64,000 nucleotides of DNA from NCBI RefSeq assembly GCF_964355755.1, contig NC_092676.1, positions 23,516,871 through 23,580,870 on the forward strand, read 5' to 3'. The notes under the pieces were generated by a model that saw only the letters and a program-made list of their open reading frames with translations, did not search any database and had not been told where the DNA came from. Shown here piece by piece: positions 32,459 to 45,438 of this stretch (position 1 is its first letter; each line of letters opens with the position of its first letter). A program made the translations under genes and the position numbers. The stretch is from Antedon mediterranea. Lineage: Eukaryota > Animalia > Echinodermata.

Positions 32459-35354
32459 TTAAAAATGAATACAACAAGTTATTCTTATTGTAAAAACATT
32501 TATTCTGCACTTAAGATAAACTTCGAATTTGGATAAATGATGACATTTCAGGCTATGACCACATGTTCTGTTTTTGTAAGAGATCTTGAAGATGTCATCT
32601 GGGGTTTATATCCTCAATTAAATATTTTATTTCACCAATCAGTCAACATATTATTTATAACTGCATTGTTTTTTTCCCAGGGTACTTTGTTGTAGTCTTT
32701 TTCCGTAACAACTTGGATTGACTAAGTCACGAAGCTACAGTCATCACAGACAACTACACGGCTTGAAAAACTCCACACTGAGTTTACTCAAAAATATAAA
32801 AAATTAGTGGCCATAAAATTTTGATATGTAAATAATCATGGTTAAGTTTAAGTTTTATAATTCTCATTATTATGGTAGTTTAACACAATCAGGGCGCGAC
32901 ACAGTGCTAGCCTGACTGGGCACTGTCTAGTAGAAATCATTCCGAGCTGGTCCAGCTGTCTTTAGTCCCCCTAGTAAAAAACGCTGATTTCCTCCTTCCC
33001 CAATTTTCCCACATTTCTTCCAATTAAATATAATTGTAATTTTGTATAATAAAAACATGAGAAAAAACAAGAAATTTACATATAATATTGCACTGCTAGT
33101 AAATTCTCACTGTAGGTTAAATCAATGATTATCGGGTAAGTCTCACTTTGTGATAAGGTAATTGTAGTGTATGTATTATATTATTGTTAGTGTTTTTCTA
33201 AATTAATCTGCCTACTAGATAATTCAAAATTAGTATAAAACACTGACAACGCATAACACGTTCGGTACACCATTAAGTAAGTTTTTTTTAAGTCAAACAT
33301 TTGTCATGAATACAATTTGTGCGCATTCGGCATACACATAAACGATACATAATATAAATAAATGAACATGATGATGATAACTTTAGAAACACACAATAGT
33401 GCCTTTTGCAGAAAGTTATTCACATGACCATTGATAACATATCAAAACAACTCATTAACAATGTTATTTTTTTCGTATCTTTTCATTTCTATAGAACAAT
33501 ATTTTGTTAATAATTAAATTGTTCCAACTTGAATGTTGTATATATTTTGGTTTACAATTGACATAATATTAACATAATATCGATGATTCCTGCCCTTTAT
33601 TGACAACATGCACAAATGCTAGCTGCTTTACTGTTGATATAACGTCTGTTTTAAAGAGCATTCGCAGCTTTGTATTTTTGATGAAAGATTGTATTTTTTG
33701 CTCATTTTATTGGACATACCAATGTTAGAATTACATTCCTTAAATCTTGAAATTATAATGTGCGGTCAAGTGTGTAATTTGTGCAGTCAGGCATGTTATT
33801 TATGCATTGCAATGAATTATGGGTGATAGTTGATGTTTGCAAATTTTCCATTGTTATTACGAGCTCGTTAGTAAGACAATAATTGAAAGTATTTGACATG
33901 TAAATGAGAAATTTGTTAGCCAGGACTTTTTGGCATAACTAAAAAAAATTTAAAGTACAGTATATATGAATTTTGTAATCACATAGCTTGCTTAAAAATG
34001 AATTATTTGCTTTTTTCTTTAGTTATATTTAGGTCAGTCAATTATTATTTTTTTATTATTCAGTTAAAGGGAAATGCTATATAATTACTTTTGAATATTA
34101 TAGCATATGTTCATATTTATACTTATGGTTCTAAACAATGATTCAATTAATTGTTATCTATATACAATTAGCATACTGAACTGTTAAAAGATTGAAATTC
34201 TCAAAACCATCAGTCACAAACCAGATCTCCGGCCAGGGTTCTGTACAAATAAAAGTCCCGCTGTTGATCTGACTCTAGGGACTTAACTACGCCTTAACCA
34301 GTTTCTCTGTGGGAACAAAACGATGTCAAGAAAATTTGGCATATTTATATTCCTCCCCTGAATGGACAAGTTTGGTTTCATTCAATTTCTGAATCACTAT
34401 CACTTATTGCTATATAGATACCGATGTTAATAATAATAATTGTAAAATGTATGCACAGTGTTAAGATATACTGTAATAAAGTGGTTCGTTGTGGGAGTTC
34501 TGTCACTTTCCTTCACTGAACATAACATCTCAGCTTCTAATTTGCATACATGGACATGTGAAACGATTCTAGAGAGATTGAAATTAAATGGATATATTAT
34601 TTTACACCACATGCTAAGATAATAACTAGTAATGATGGCACTTTCTACTTTAAGAGATTTGTTTTGTTTTTTTCTTTTTTAAATAAAAATAGATTTGTAA
34701 ATTTAAAATTATGTTTTTGGATATTAAAAACTAATTGCAAACATTCACTGATAGTTTATATTGAGCAGGTTTAGTTTAATTTGATGGCAGAGGGATTCTA
34801 TACAAATATTGTTAGGTTTTGATTTAAATAATAATAAATGCGATTGTATTATTTACATTTAATTTGTTTGTTTCTGGTTTTGTTTGTGTTATGGTAGATG
34901 GGTGGTATGGTACTAGATTCTGGTCACTCCTCTCCCAACAAATAAGACGAGACCGCCGGCAATTGGTCATGAAATCACAAAAGGTCGAAGTAATAGGAAA
35001 ATACATGGGACAGAAAAACATAATTACATTATATTGTATATCCCCCTCCTCTGTGACACCCCTATTCAGGGGAACCCCCAATTAAAATGCTCTTAACGAA
35101 GTATGGCTAAAATGTAAATTAATGGTACGGATTGGTGAAAAGTAGGCATTGTGTACGTACGCGCGCGCCCTGAAAGAAGACTGTCAAAACTTAACTTGTA
35201 GGCCTGTGGTGTGCCGCAAACTTGACTGCCATAAGTTCGCTATATATGTATATACAGTATATAAACATCACAGAATATATTCTAATCCGCCCGATATAAC
35301 GAAATTTAATTAATTAGAAAAAATAAAAATGACGAAACCTGTGAGAATGAGAAA

Positions 35355-35430
35355 AAGCCCTCTCCGAGATTCAAACCCGGAACCTTCTGCTTGATATGCA
35401 GATCTCCTAACCATTAGACCACTGGGGTTT
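35355..35430 (-). pseudogene. tRNA-like sequence (tRNA pseudogene or SINE head)
   Basis: Minus strand AGTGGTCTAATGGTTAGG (A box), stem-loop TCTGC-ATATCAA-GCAGA, T arm CCGGG-TTTGAAT-CTCGG; the acceptor stem does not pair well. Confidence 0.5.
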
Positions 35431-36190
35431 TCATTGTATTGTTCTAATTCGATTGTGCGAGGCAGCGAGGCACACCAAATATTAAGTGTGAGGCAGGCGG
35501 GCATATAGTTTACAATTTCAAAAAGGTGCGAGGCATATAGTTTACAATTTCAAAAAGGTGCGAGGCATTTCTTAACGTACTATTATGCTATATTATAGGC
35601 CTAATACTTAATTATTTATATTTTTAAAATAGGCCTAGCGTATCGAAATAGATTCGTGTATACACTCATCATGCTATGTTGTTTATTTTTATGTAACAAT
35701 TGTTTTTTTCATACAAGTCATATCGTGTATAAGTTGACTACAATGTTTGTTCATAATGATAATGAAAGAGTTGGTCAAAAAGACTTCACATAATTAAAAT
35801 TCAATACAACAACAACGTATTTATATCAAAACATTTCTCGGAATAGAAATAGATTGTAAAATTGGTAACAAAACAAACATGTTAAATGTATACAAACAAC
35901 AATTGATAAAGACATCAGTATAATAATAATATATAAAGTGAGAAAACTGCTAAAAAGTAGTGTATAATTTATTTTATTTATGCATTGATATTATTACCAT
36001 ATATTAATGATTGTTGTGAAATTTGGGGTAACACTTATAAAAGTACAGTACAAAATGTTTACAAAAAAAAGGTACTGTAATTTATAAAATTATCAATAGT
36101 GTAAAATGATAGCATTAGCCATAGTAGTAAATGATACTGGATACCAGAGGAAGTAGAGGTTTCGTTGAGGTTTTTTCATCTACAGTATTA

Positions 36191-36845
36191 TATCGTGGGC
36201 TTAGAGTCAGAACTGTCTATGTCCAAAACTGACGTTTTGAGAAAAAGAGGTTTCAAAGTTTAATTATGTCTTACAAATCAAAAAATCTAGGCTAAACAAT
36301 AATACTCAAGAATTATGTTACTAATACTCAGTCAAAGTTGATGTTTGGTCCTCATACTCGTTCTTCCCTTGGGTGGGCCAAAAATGGCAAAAAATCCTCA
36401 AAAATGGACATAACCAGTTCTGGTCGAAAAAAAACAAACCACAATGGACATAATCAAAGTCAAACATAGTACTTTTTTGGTTCATTTAAATCACAAAAAT
36501 TCAGAAGAAGTGAGAAACAACTTGAAAATGATAATACGGAAGAGACAGCATGGACACCACCGCTGCATACAGGAATCCAATGTAAAAGATATGTCTATGT
36601 CCTAAAAAAATTAAAAAAAATCATGCCAGAACTGACCATGTCCCAACATAGACAGTTCTGGCATAAATCAAAATCATATATATGGACATAGACTTAATTT
36701 ACTTTGTCTAACGCCCCCTATTTTGAAGGGAGTGGACCTAGTCACTTCTGGCAGAGAAAGTATATCAAAGAACATAACTAATAGAGGGTCTAACTCATTT
36801 TTGCTGAAATTGGACATAGACAGTTTTGGCACTAAGCCCACGATA
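36191..36845. mobile_element. Non-autonomous TIR DNA element, ~655 bp, TA-flanked
   Basis: TATCGTGGGCTTAGAGTCAGAACTGTCTATGTCCAA ... TTGGACATAGACAGTTTTGGCACTAAGCCCACGATA; internal TGGACATA subrepeats. Confidence 0.8.
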
Positions 36846-39800
36846 TATAATGCCAGAATAAGGAAATAGAATTAAGCTTCACGGCCAAAATGATAATAGA
36901 GGACTAAAACAAAGTGGAATGCGTCAATTTCTCATGCATTTATTGGTGAAAAACACGTTTAATCTCAATATATTTGTTAATTTGTCAATAAAAATGCTGT
37001 AATATGTTACTGCTGATACTGTTCTGTTTTCAAAGAATACTATAAATTGATCCTAAATTTTGGGAAATGATAAAATGATGCCTCGCATTTTTTGACGATG
37101 GTAAAACGATGCCTCGCATAAATTTCTGACTTGCCTTGCTTTTGCGCATATCCTAGGCCTGTTGTGCATGTAGTTCTCTGTGCCCTGGGGACCTGTGAAC
37201 ACCTGCACATAGCCGGCCGGCCATTAAACAATTATTACGCAATAAACATTAAGCTATATAAGCTTTGCAATTAGTGGTAATATGTAGGCCTACACACATA
37301 AATATAAGTTTAATTTATAGTATAATCATAATAATTAGATATCAAATTAATAGTTTTCATACAATAATATCGTGGATTTGTATAGCGCCTAATGTTGTGA
37401 AACATTATTACCCCAGTCTATTGGATCAAACGTGTATGGAAACATCCAAAATTGAAATGACACATGAAATAAATAATGTCATATTGCAGTTTTTGGTATA
37501 ACAAGTGAGCATCTTCATCTGCAATCAAAGTTGCTATTTCATTGCCAGAATTTTACCTGTTTGGTGACCAAGTCAACAACTTTTTTGGCTTATTATAATG
37601 CTGTTTCCAAGATTCATCGAGCATAAAGGGACATTATATTGTGCCAACAAGGATGAAGAACCATCAGTTAAAGATACTGCATATCAACGGTATTCAAAGG
37701 GTTTGGGTAATTTTCTAACTTGTCATCACTACCGGTGACCGGTAAACAAGCTTTGTTCTTATGTCATCCACACCAGCATTTGTTATAAATCTTTATGAAT
37801 TTGAAATAATTTGAAATGGTGAATAAATTGATAATTGGTACTTAATTACAGTATTTAAATTTCTACAACAAGCAGTATTTCCTTGGCAAAAAATTTCAGG
37901 AAATGGAATCGAAACTTTGAATGCAGATGGAGCATTAAATCTATTAGGGGCCTACTATTACTTTGCCATCATTAAACAAAATATTTTAAGACAGAAGAAG
38001 CAATATAGTGGAAAAATCTGTAGTTAAAGAAAACACTGGGGAGCAAATGGCAACATCTTCAATGGCATTTCGAATGAGAAACGATCTGTACTTGCAAAGA
38101 AACAAAGATATGAAGTATGAATGAATTCGAAACATCTTTTGTTCAGTCCAACATTAACAAGACATCTGATTAATAATAATTAATAGTAATTCACTTACAG
38201 TAGGTGGTCTATATTAGTAAAACCAACCGTTAAGGAGATAATATACAGGGCTTCAAAATGGTAAATGGCGGCCATTTTTAATTTATGCTAATGAACCCAC
38301 TTCACGATGTCCGATTTTGGTAAACTTTGGATATGATGTTAATTTGGACCATATCAACCAGACAAAACAAAAACAAATTATGTTGCAATTTGTTCTAGGT
38401 TCAACCATACTTTTACTGGACTATAGGTATAAACCATTTTTAATTTGCTATGTTAATTAAAAGTCAAGTTATAAGCCAAAATACGTTTAAAATGATGGCG
38501 GCCATCTTGGATTTCAACATGGCGGCTGAAATAGAATATTTACAACTTTAATAACAATATATTTGGAATCCTCAGTATCACAAACATAGGTACTGTATAG
38601 GCATCATTTCTAACCTACTATGTTACTTATATGTTAAGTTATAAGCCAAAATACGTTTTAAATGGCGACCATCTTGAATTCCAACATGGAGGCTGAAGTA
38701 GAATATTTACAACTTTAATAACAATATATTTGGAATCCTCAGTATCACAAACATTTATAGTCCGGTGGCAGGAGGGGGAATCACCACCCGAAAGGGGACA
38801 AATTGCCATCCAACTTTTCTAGACTAGAATTTTCCGTAGATTACGAATATGGAAGGTAATCGATCAGGATAGGAAGCGTTTTCAAGATATAAGGGGTCAA
38901 AGTTCAAAATTGACCAATTACAACAATGTATTATGTATATGTATTATAACAAATTTATTGAAGCACAATTTGGTCTTTTATTACATTTTTATGATTATAA
39001 GTGTCTATTCAATCACCTTATGAAAAAAAAATCCTTTGTGATTAAGGGTCAAATGTCAATATTGACCAATCATAGAACGTACCTATAAAACCAAATAAAA
39101 ACTAATATTTAATCAAAATTGGATGTTTTCTCATTCTGTTAATCAATCATACGCAATGTAAAAGAGCGAATACATCATTTCATCAGTTGACATAAGGTCA
39201 ATTTCATCAGTTGACATAAGGTCAAAGGTCAACATTTTAATACGCGTATTAGTTAACAAATAAATGCAAAGTTGTCCAAACTATGATATTGATGGTTTTA
39301 CAAGTAATCAAATTATTTGATTAGTAAAGTTATGTTATTTCATTATAATTTTGATTATTATAATTATAATACTGTATTTAATCAAATCAGACTTCGATCA
39401 GGATAGGAAGTGAATAGGAAGAGAAAGGGGTCAAAGTTTAAAATTGACCAATTATAACAATGTATTATATACATATGTATTATAACCAGTTTATTAAAGT
39501 TCAATTTGGTCTTTTAATATATTTGTATGGTTATAGGTATTGTATGGTGTTATTCAGTCGCCTTATAAAACAAATACTTTGCAATTAAAGGTCAAATGTC
39601 AATATTAACCAATCACACAATTTGCATTTAAAACCAAATAAAAACTAACATTTAAGACAAAATGTTATGTTTTATCATTCTGTTAAGACATCTATCAATC
39701 ATACACAATCAAAAGAGCACATTTATCATTACACAAGTTGACATGGGTCAAAGGTCAACATTTGAACAAATGATATACTAAATAATGCAAAGTTATTCAA

Positions 39801-40199
39801 ACTATGAGATCGATGTTCATAAATGTTATCACGTTATTTGATCAGTGAATTTATGGTATTTTTTTATTTTTTCTAGTACGCATTATTTTAAATGTATTAA
39901 TATAATACTGTAAAATAAATAATAAAATTAATATCATGACGATTAAAATGTTATGATGTTAAAATGTTGCGCTGACCTTCAATGATTTGCCACTATACAG
40001 TTGCATTTATTAGGGCTACAATATTCGTCTTTGGAAAATAAACTACTATTCATCAGAACCAGAGAATACAAATTCGTACAGGATAGGGCATAGGCAGATC
40101 CAGGTGGCCAAACTCAATCCACAACTCACTACACAGACAGACCACAATTTTTATATAGTTTGGCCCATACAGGAAAGAGTTTCCTGTATACAAAGGATT

Positions 40200-41545
40200 C
40201 TAAAATAACCCATGTGGATTTGCCCGAATGAACCCTCTAAGGACCCTTTTGGGATCTCTATGTGGTGTGCTACATAAGGCCCTGTATTAGAAATTAGTAT
40301 GGGGTAAATAGTTCATAGATGAACTAGGAATAAACCTAAATGTGCACCCTCAATCTTTAAATAACATTTATGGATTTGCCCAAATGAACCCAAGGGCCGA
40401 TCCTTCATGGACCTTTCGGGGTTCTCTATGTGGGGCTACAAGAGACCCTATATTGGAAATAATGTATGTGGGGTGAAAATGTGGGTTCATAGAGATATAA
40501 TAAATATCCCTGTGCACCCTCCATCATCCATAAGGAATATTTTATGGATTTGCCCAAATTAACCCAAGGGCCGGTCGTTCTCCATGGATGGACATTAAGC
40601 CCCATAATGGAAATATAAGGGGTGACACTGTGAGTTCATATAGACAGGCGTGGCCCATGAATTAAGCTGCCTGTGCACTCTCGATCCTTAAGAAAAATTT
40701 ATGGATTTGCCCAAATTAACCAAAGGGCCGGTCCTCCATGGACATTAAGCCCCATAATGGAAATATAATGGATGACACTGTGGGTTTATATAGACAGGCA
40801 CAACCATGGAATAAAGCTGCCTTTGCACTCTCGATCCTTAAGGAACACTTATGGATTATCCCAAATTAACCCATGGGCCGGTCCTCCATGGATGGACATT
40901 AAGCCCCATAATGGACATATAAGGGGTGACACTGTGGGTTCATAATAGACAGGCGGGGCCCATGAATTAAGCTGCCTGTGCACTCTCGATCCTTAAGAAA
41001 AATTTATGGATTTGCCCAAATTAACCAAAGGGCCGGTCCTCCATGGACATTAAGCCCCATAATGGAAATAGAATGGATGACACTGTGGGTTTATATAGAC
41101 AGGCACAACCATGGAATAAAGCTGCCTGTGCACTCTCGATCCTTAAGGAACACTTATGGATTTGCCCAAATTAACCCAAGGGCCGGTCATCCATGGACAT
41201 TAAGCCTCATAATGGAAATCCGGGGTGACAATGTGGGTTTATATAGACAGGCACATGGAATAAAGCTGCCTGTGCACTCTCGATCCTTAAGGAACCGATT
41301 TGGATTTTGCCTAAAATGAAACAACAGCAGGTCATCTATTTAAACCCTTCTGTGGTTCTCTACTGTATGTTCAGTTCTACATTTGGCTCCTGTATCGGAT
41401 CAATGCATTTGGCTACATAAGTTACTGTGTTAGAAATATATCGGGTAACTAAAACTGTAGGTTCCAATATTAAGCCATGGCAAAAGCCTGTCTGTGCACT
41501 CTCAATCCTTTTAAAAGGAACCCATATGGATTTGCCAAAATGAAC
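40200..41545. repeat. Tandem array of ~150-bp units inside the TIR element
   Basis: TGGATTTGCCC anchor at ~40215, 40371, 40544, 40702, 40852, 41007, 41157, 41301 and 41527. Confidence 0.9.
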
Positions 41546-42342
41546 CAAGTGTAACTTCTCAATTCTCTATGAGCCGTACATTCCGTTTATTGGAGATTCG
41601 TGGATACCTGATTGAAATTGCTCAAATATTTCTGAAAGACATTGTACTGTATAGTAATACAGTAGTATTATTCCCCTTCCACACCTCTTTGAATTAAATC
41701 CGCCCTGATAGGCTCTTAGGTACAGGATTTAAAGGCAATAATCACACTTGTATTTTTCAAACAGTATAATCTATTAGATTGAATAAAAATATTTATTATA
41801 AACAATTTGCCGTTAGAAATCTCTGTGCCATGTCGTTATTTAGATGAGAAAAACAGGTCAAAGGTTAACATTACAGAAAAATAGGTGTTTCAGTCACTTT
41901 GTGAAAAAAAGTTGCATTATGGCAAGTATAAACATATATATTGTGAACAATTTGACACCACAATTGGCTCCTTACGACAAATATTTATTAATTTATGTTT
42001 TTATAACCTTATTCAATTATGTCAAAGGTTAATAACCACACTTCCGGTCATTTTCAAGCAATATCATCTGTTATACTGAATATAAATGTATATCTTGGGA
42101 ACAATTTGCTCCTATTTTTAATTCTCTCCGACCTGCCGTTACTTAGATATAGCAAAAAGAGGTCAAAGGTCAAAATTGCTAACAATGGGGTTTCCGGTCA
42201 ATTTTTCAAAGAAATTTCTGTTAGACCTAATATAAAGATATACATTGTGAAAAATTTGACACCAAAATTATCTCACTACGCCCAGAATTTCCAGAGATAT
42301 AGCATGTTTTTATATTGGTCAATTTTGAACTTTGACCCCTTA

Positions 42343-42387
42343 GCATTTATTTTAATAATAACAGTATAATAAATCAATTAGCAATTA

Positions 42388-42418
<31 letters not shown>

Positions 42419-42725
42419 TTTTTAGTAATAATAATGATAATATATTCGCTTAAAACTTGAAAATATTAATAATACTGATAATAAATAGATAATAACATTA
42501 ACTCCATCATATAGGTTATAGTATTGTTCGATATGTAAGATTACCTTGTTTTTACTAATTTCATTTTACTTGTATAATTCGCTTCTTAGTTAAGACTTAA
42601 ATGTTATTTTTTGATACTTTTCTTTTTGTTTTTACATTGCCTTGTAAATGAACGCACCGTCTTATAAACGTGTGCCGCTGATACAAAAGCGTTCGTTCAA
42701 TAAATTTATCTTATCTTATCTTATC
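42343..42725 (+). mobile_element. Probable 5'-truncated non-LTR retrotransposon tail
   Basis: Interrupts the right TIR; ends with AATAAA followed by (TTATC)4. Confidence 0.5.
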
Positions 42726-44858
42726 TCGAAAACGCTTCCTATCCTGACCGATTACCTTCCGTATTCGTAATCTACGGAACATTCTGGTCTAGAAAAGTTG
42801 GATGGCAATTTGTCCCCTTTCGGGTGGTGATATCCCCCCTCCTGCCACCGGACTAATAGGTATAGAAACTATTTTTAACTTGCTATGTTAATTAAAAGTC
42901 AAGTTATAAGCCAAAATACGTTTAAAATGGCGGCCATCTTGGATTTCAACATGGCGGCTGAAATAGAATATTTGCAACTTTAATAACAATATAGTTGGAA
43001 TCTTCACTATCACAAACATAGGTATAGACACCATTTTTAACTTGTTACGTCACTTAAAAGTCAAGTTATAAGCCAAAATAAGTCTGAAATGGCGGCCATT
43101 TTGTTTTTCTAATTTTAAGGGTGAAGATCTAAAAATTGAGCCGGGTAAACAGCAAATTTGAATTCAGCACCCCAAAATTACCCTAAAACACATGTTTATC
43201 CTCTTTTAACACGAAATGCCTACAGCATTTCATTTTTCTCAAATCTGGACTAGTCTATATCTAAACCTTTGATCTGTGAAAAATTAGGCCTCTGTGTTGA
43301 TTGGTACACGAAAATAGGAACTGACTAATTTGCTTGATAATGTTTGGGAAAAGAGTTACGTAACTTCCTAAAAGGAAAATTATTATCGTGCAAGTTGAGA
43401 TGTAGGGACAAGGTGGTCTAGGCCTACTCCTTAAAAACAGACCAAACATACGACGGTAATATGTATGACTTAAGTACTGGCAAACATACGACGGTAATAT
43501 GTATGACTTAAGTACTGGCATGATAAGTAATCATATATATGTAATAAATTAAAATAAGAATGTTTATTATTAAATTGAAATTTAAACTTTAAAATATTTC
43601 ACATAGGCCTACATATACACCGAATTTTCGACACACCCGAGATATGTTCGCATCCAACGTGACATGCCATACAGTTACCTTATACCATTAATATTCGCTA
43701 TATTGTAATAAAAGTATGACTTTATAATATTTAAATAACCCATTGTTATTGCCAAGAAATTACATCCTTTGAACCTGAGTATTATAATGCAAACAAATAT
43801 TTGACCTGCTTCGAAGCAAACTCAAAGGTTAGGCTATTATAATAGAAACGCATTCAGTATTGCATATAACAGCGTGAAACCTCCATAACTAACAACACCA
43901 CTGGCAGCGAGTGCATTCCATGAACTAAAAACTATCCATTATGTAAAATCTTGACCGACGAAACATTTTGGATGTAAAATTGCGAAGTTTTACGGCAGAT
44001 ATTATACTATTAATATAAGGTATGTATGGACATTATTATTTAGCCCTTAGCTTTGCAAGGAAACATATTCGTTATGTCTGTTAGTTTCGTATCTGAACGC
44101 ACAACCTGTTTAAGATAAAAGCTAACAATGATGTTTTATAGAATATAATAGAACTTCTGCATCACGGTCTCTGGGCCTATTTTATTTTGTCATGGTGTGT
44201 AATTCTATTGAATGCAGACATTTAAATGTATTATAATAGTTTCAAAAACAGCTACATCCTTCTTTAAAACATTCGCTTGCAGTACTTATGCCTAGCCTAT
44301 GTGCTTAGACCACCAATCTGGTTATAACCAACCATTTCTTAAGACGCAAATATTTATATTGCCTGGTAAAGATCACAAGCGAATCCCCTTTGGGTATTTC
44401 TTAGGGGAAATAGGGTTTAAAAGAGAAAAACGATCTAAGCATGACATATCATTACGACATTGACGTTTTATCTTGTTTTAATCTCACCATTAAGTGCCTA
44501 TTATATTTTGTATTCATAATTCATGTCCGTGTAATATCCGTGTGTTTTTGTGTGTATTCTTCAAACACTTGACGATACTTGGTATCATATATGGTGAAGG
44601 ACTGAAAGACAAGTATGTAAGCCTAATGCATATAAAATTGGCCAATTAAAATATTGGCATAACAATAGCATGTTTTTAGATGACAATCAATAAGGCATGG
44701 CCATGATACATTAACATAATTATATTACAATTATGCTTTTATATCATACTTAAGGTAATTGGCATCAACCGCGACGACGTAAGAGGCGACGATATCTAGA
44801 TGAGAGTATTATTCTCTTCTACGTGACGACAGAACGTATATTTTTGGCATCCTCAAAT

Positions 44859-45030
44859 ATGGAAAAGCTGACGACGAGAACTGGTGAATTCATGACGTAT
44901 GATAGTGACGTCAGTGAAGAAGATAAGGTTAAAGCTGAGGAGAAAAATAAACGTATACAAGAAAAACTACAGGTAGGATTGTCTGAACTTACGGTAGTTA
45001 TTGATTTTGATTGATCTGCTATTGATTGAT

Positions 45031-45071
<41 letters not shown>

Positions 45072-45438
45072 AACTGACGCCATCCCAAGGCCTATTTATG
45101 TGTCCAACGTCTATTTAGGCCTATAAAGCTCTATCTACACTATCATTCACTTTCATAATATGAACACGGTGATGTCATATTACTACCATATTTGGGCATA
45201 ATCACACTTTATTGTCAAAAAATGTAGTGTAGACAGAGCTTTAGAATAATCGTCAATTGTATTAATATAGCAACTAGGCACTGAATTAGAGAGCACCCAA
45301 GACTGTAACAAACTCACCCAAGAGGACATGGCACGAAAGCATCAAAACCGTGGTAACGTTCTTCGTGATAAGTACAGAAGAATACCAGGACGAAGTGGGG
45401 ACACTAAGGATAGAGTCAACGAATTCGAAAACTTATGA
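44859..45438 (+). CDS. Stand-alone ERM C-terminal-domain (C-ERMAD-like) microprotein, 93 aa, 2 coding exons (44859-44972, 45271-45438)
   Basis: MEKLTTRTGEFMTYDSDVSEEDKVKAEEKNKRIQEKLQ/QLGTELESTQDCNKLTQEDMARKHQNRGNVLRDKYRRIPGRSGDTKDRVNEFENL* aligns to the ERM tail with the same phase-0 intron position; ATG context AATATGG; upstream in-frame stop at 44751; GT-AG intact. Confidence 0.8.
45001..45071. repeat. (ATTG)n microsatellite
   Basis: Run of TTGA/ATTG units in the microprotein intron. Confidence 0.9.
45124..45243. mobile_element. MITE family A in the microprotein intron
   Basis: TAAAGCTCTATCTACACTATC...TAGTGTAGACAGAGCTTTA. Confidence 0.75.

Larger units (their letters stand above)
38758..42855. 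mobile_element. 4.1-kb non-autonomous DNA transposon with long TIRs (TAGT...ACTA termini, possibly Academ-like)
   Basis: TAGTCCGGTGGCAGGAGGGGG... (38758-38920) matches the reverse complement of 42726-42855 plus 42315-42342; internal ~530-bp direct duplication (38860-39390 vs 39394-39915); no transposase ORF recognised. Confidence 0.85.
38230..43257. mobile_element. Outer repeat-rich element(s) with ~165-bp units, interrupted by the 38758-42855 insertion
   Basis: Unit containing AAGTTATAAGCCAAAATACGTTTAAAATGGCGGCCATCTTGGATTTC occurs twice left of the insertion (38423-38757) and resumes in register at 42856; terminal-like CTGGACTA motifs at ~38420 and ~43250. Confidence 0.6.

Noticed and set aside
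35355-35430. Functional tRNA with ATC anticodon
   Set aside because: Acceptor stem poorly paired and T-loop mutated (TTTGAAT); kept only as pseudogene or SINE head.
37500-38100. Coding-looking sequence on the minus strand
   Set aside because: Stops in all frames examined and no identifiable homology; a blastx search would be needed.
40978-41319. 113-aa repetitive ORF
   Set aside because: By-product of the 150-bp tandem array; neighbouring units break the frame.
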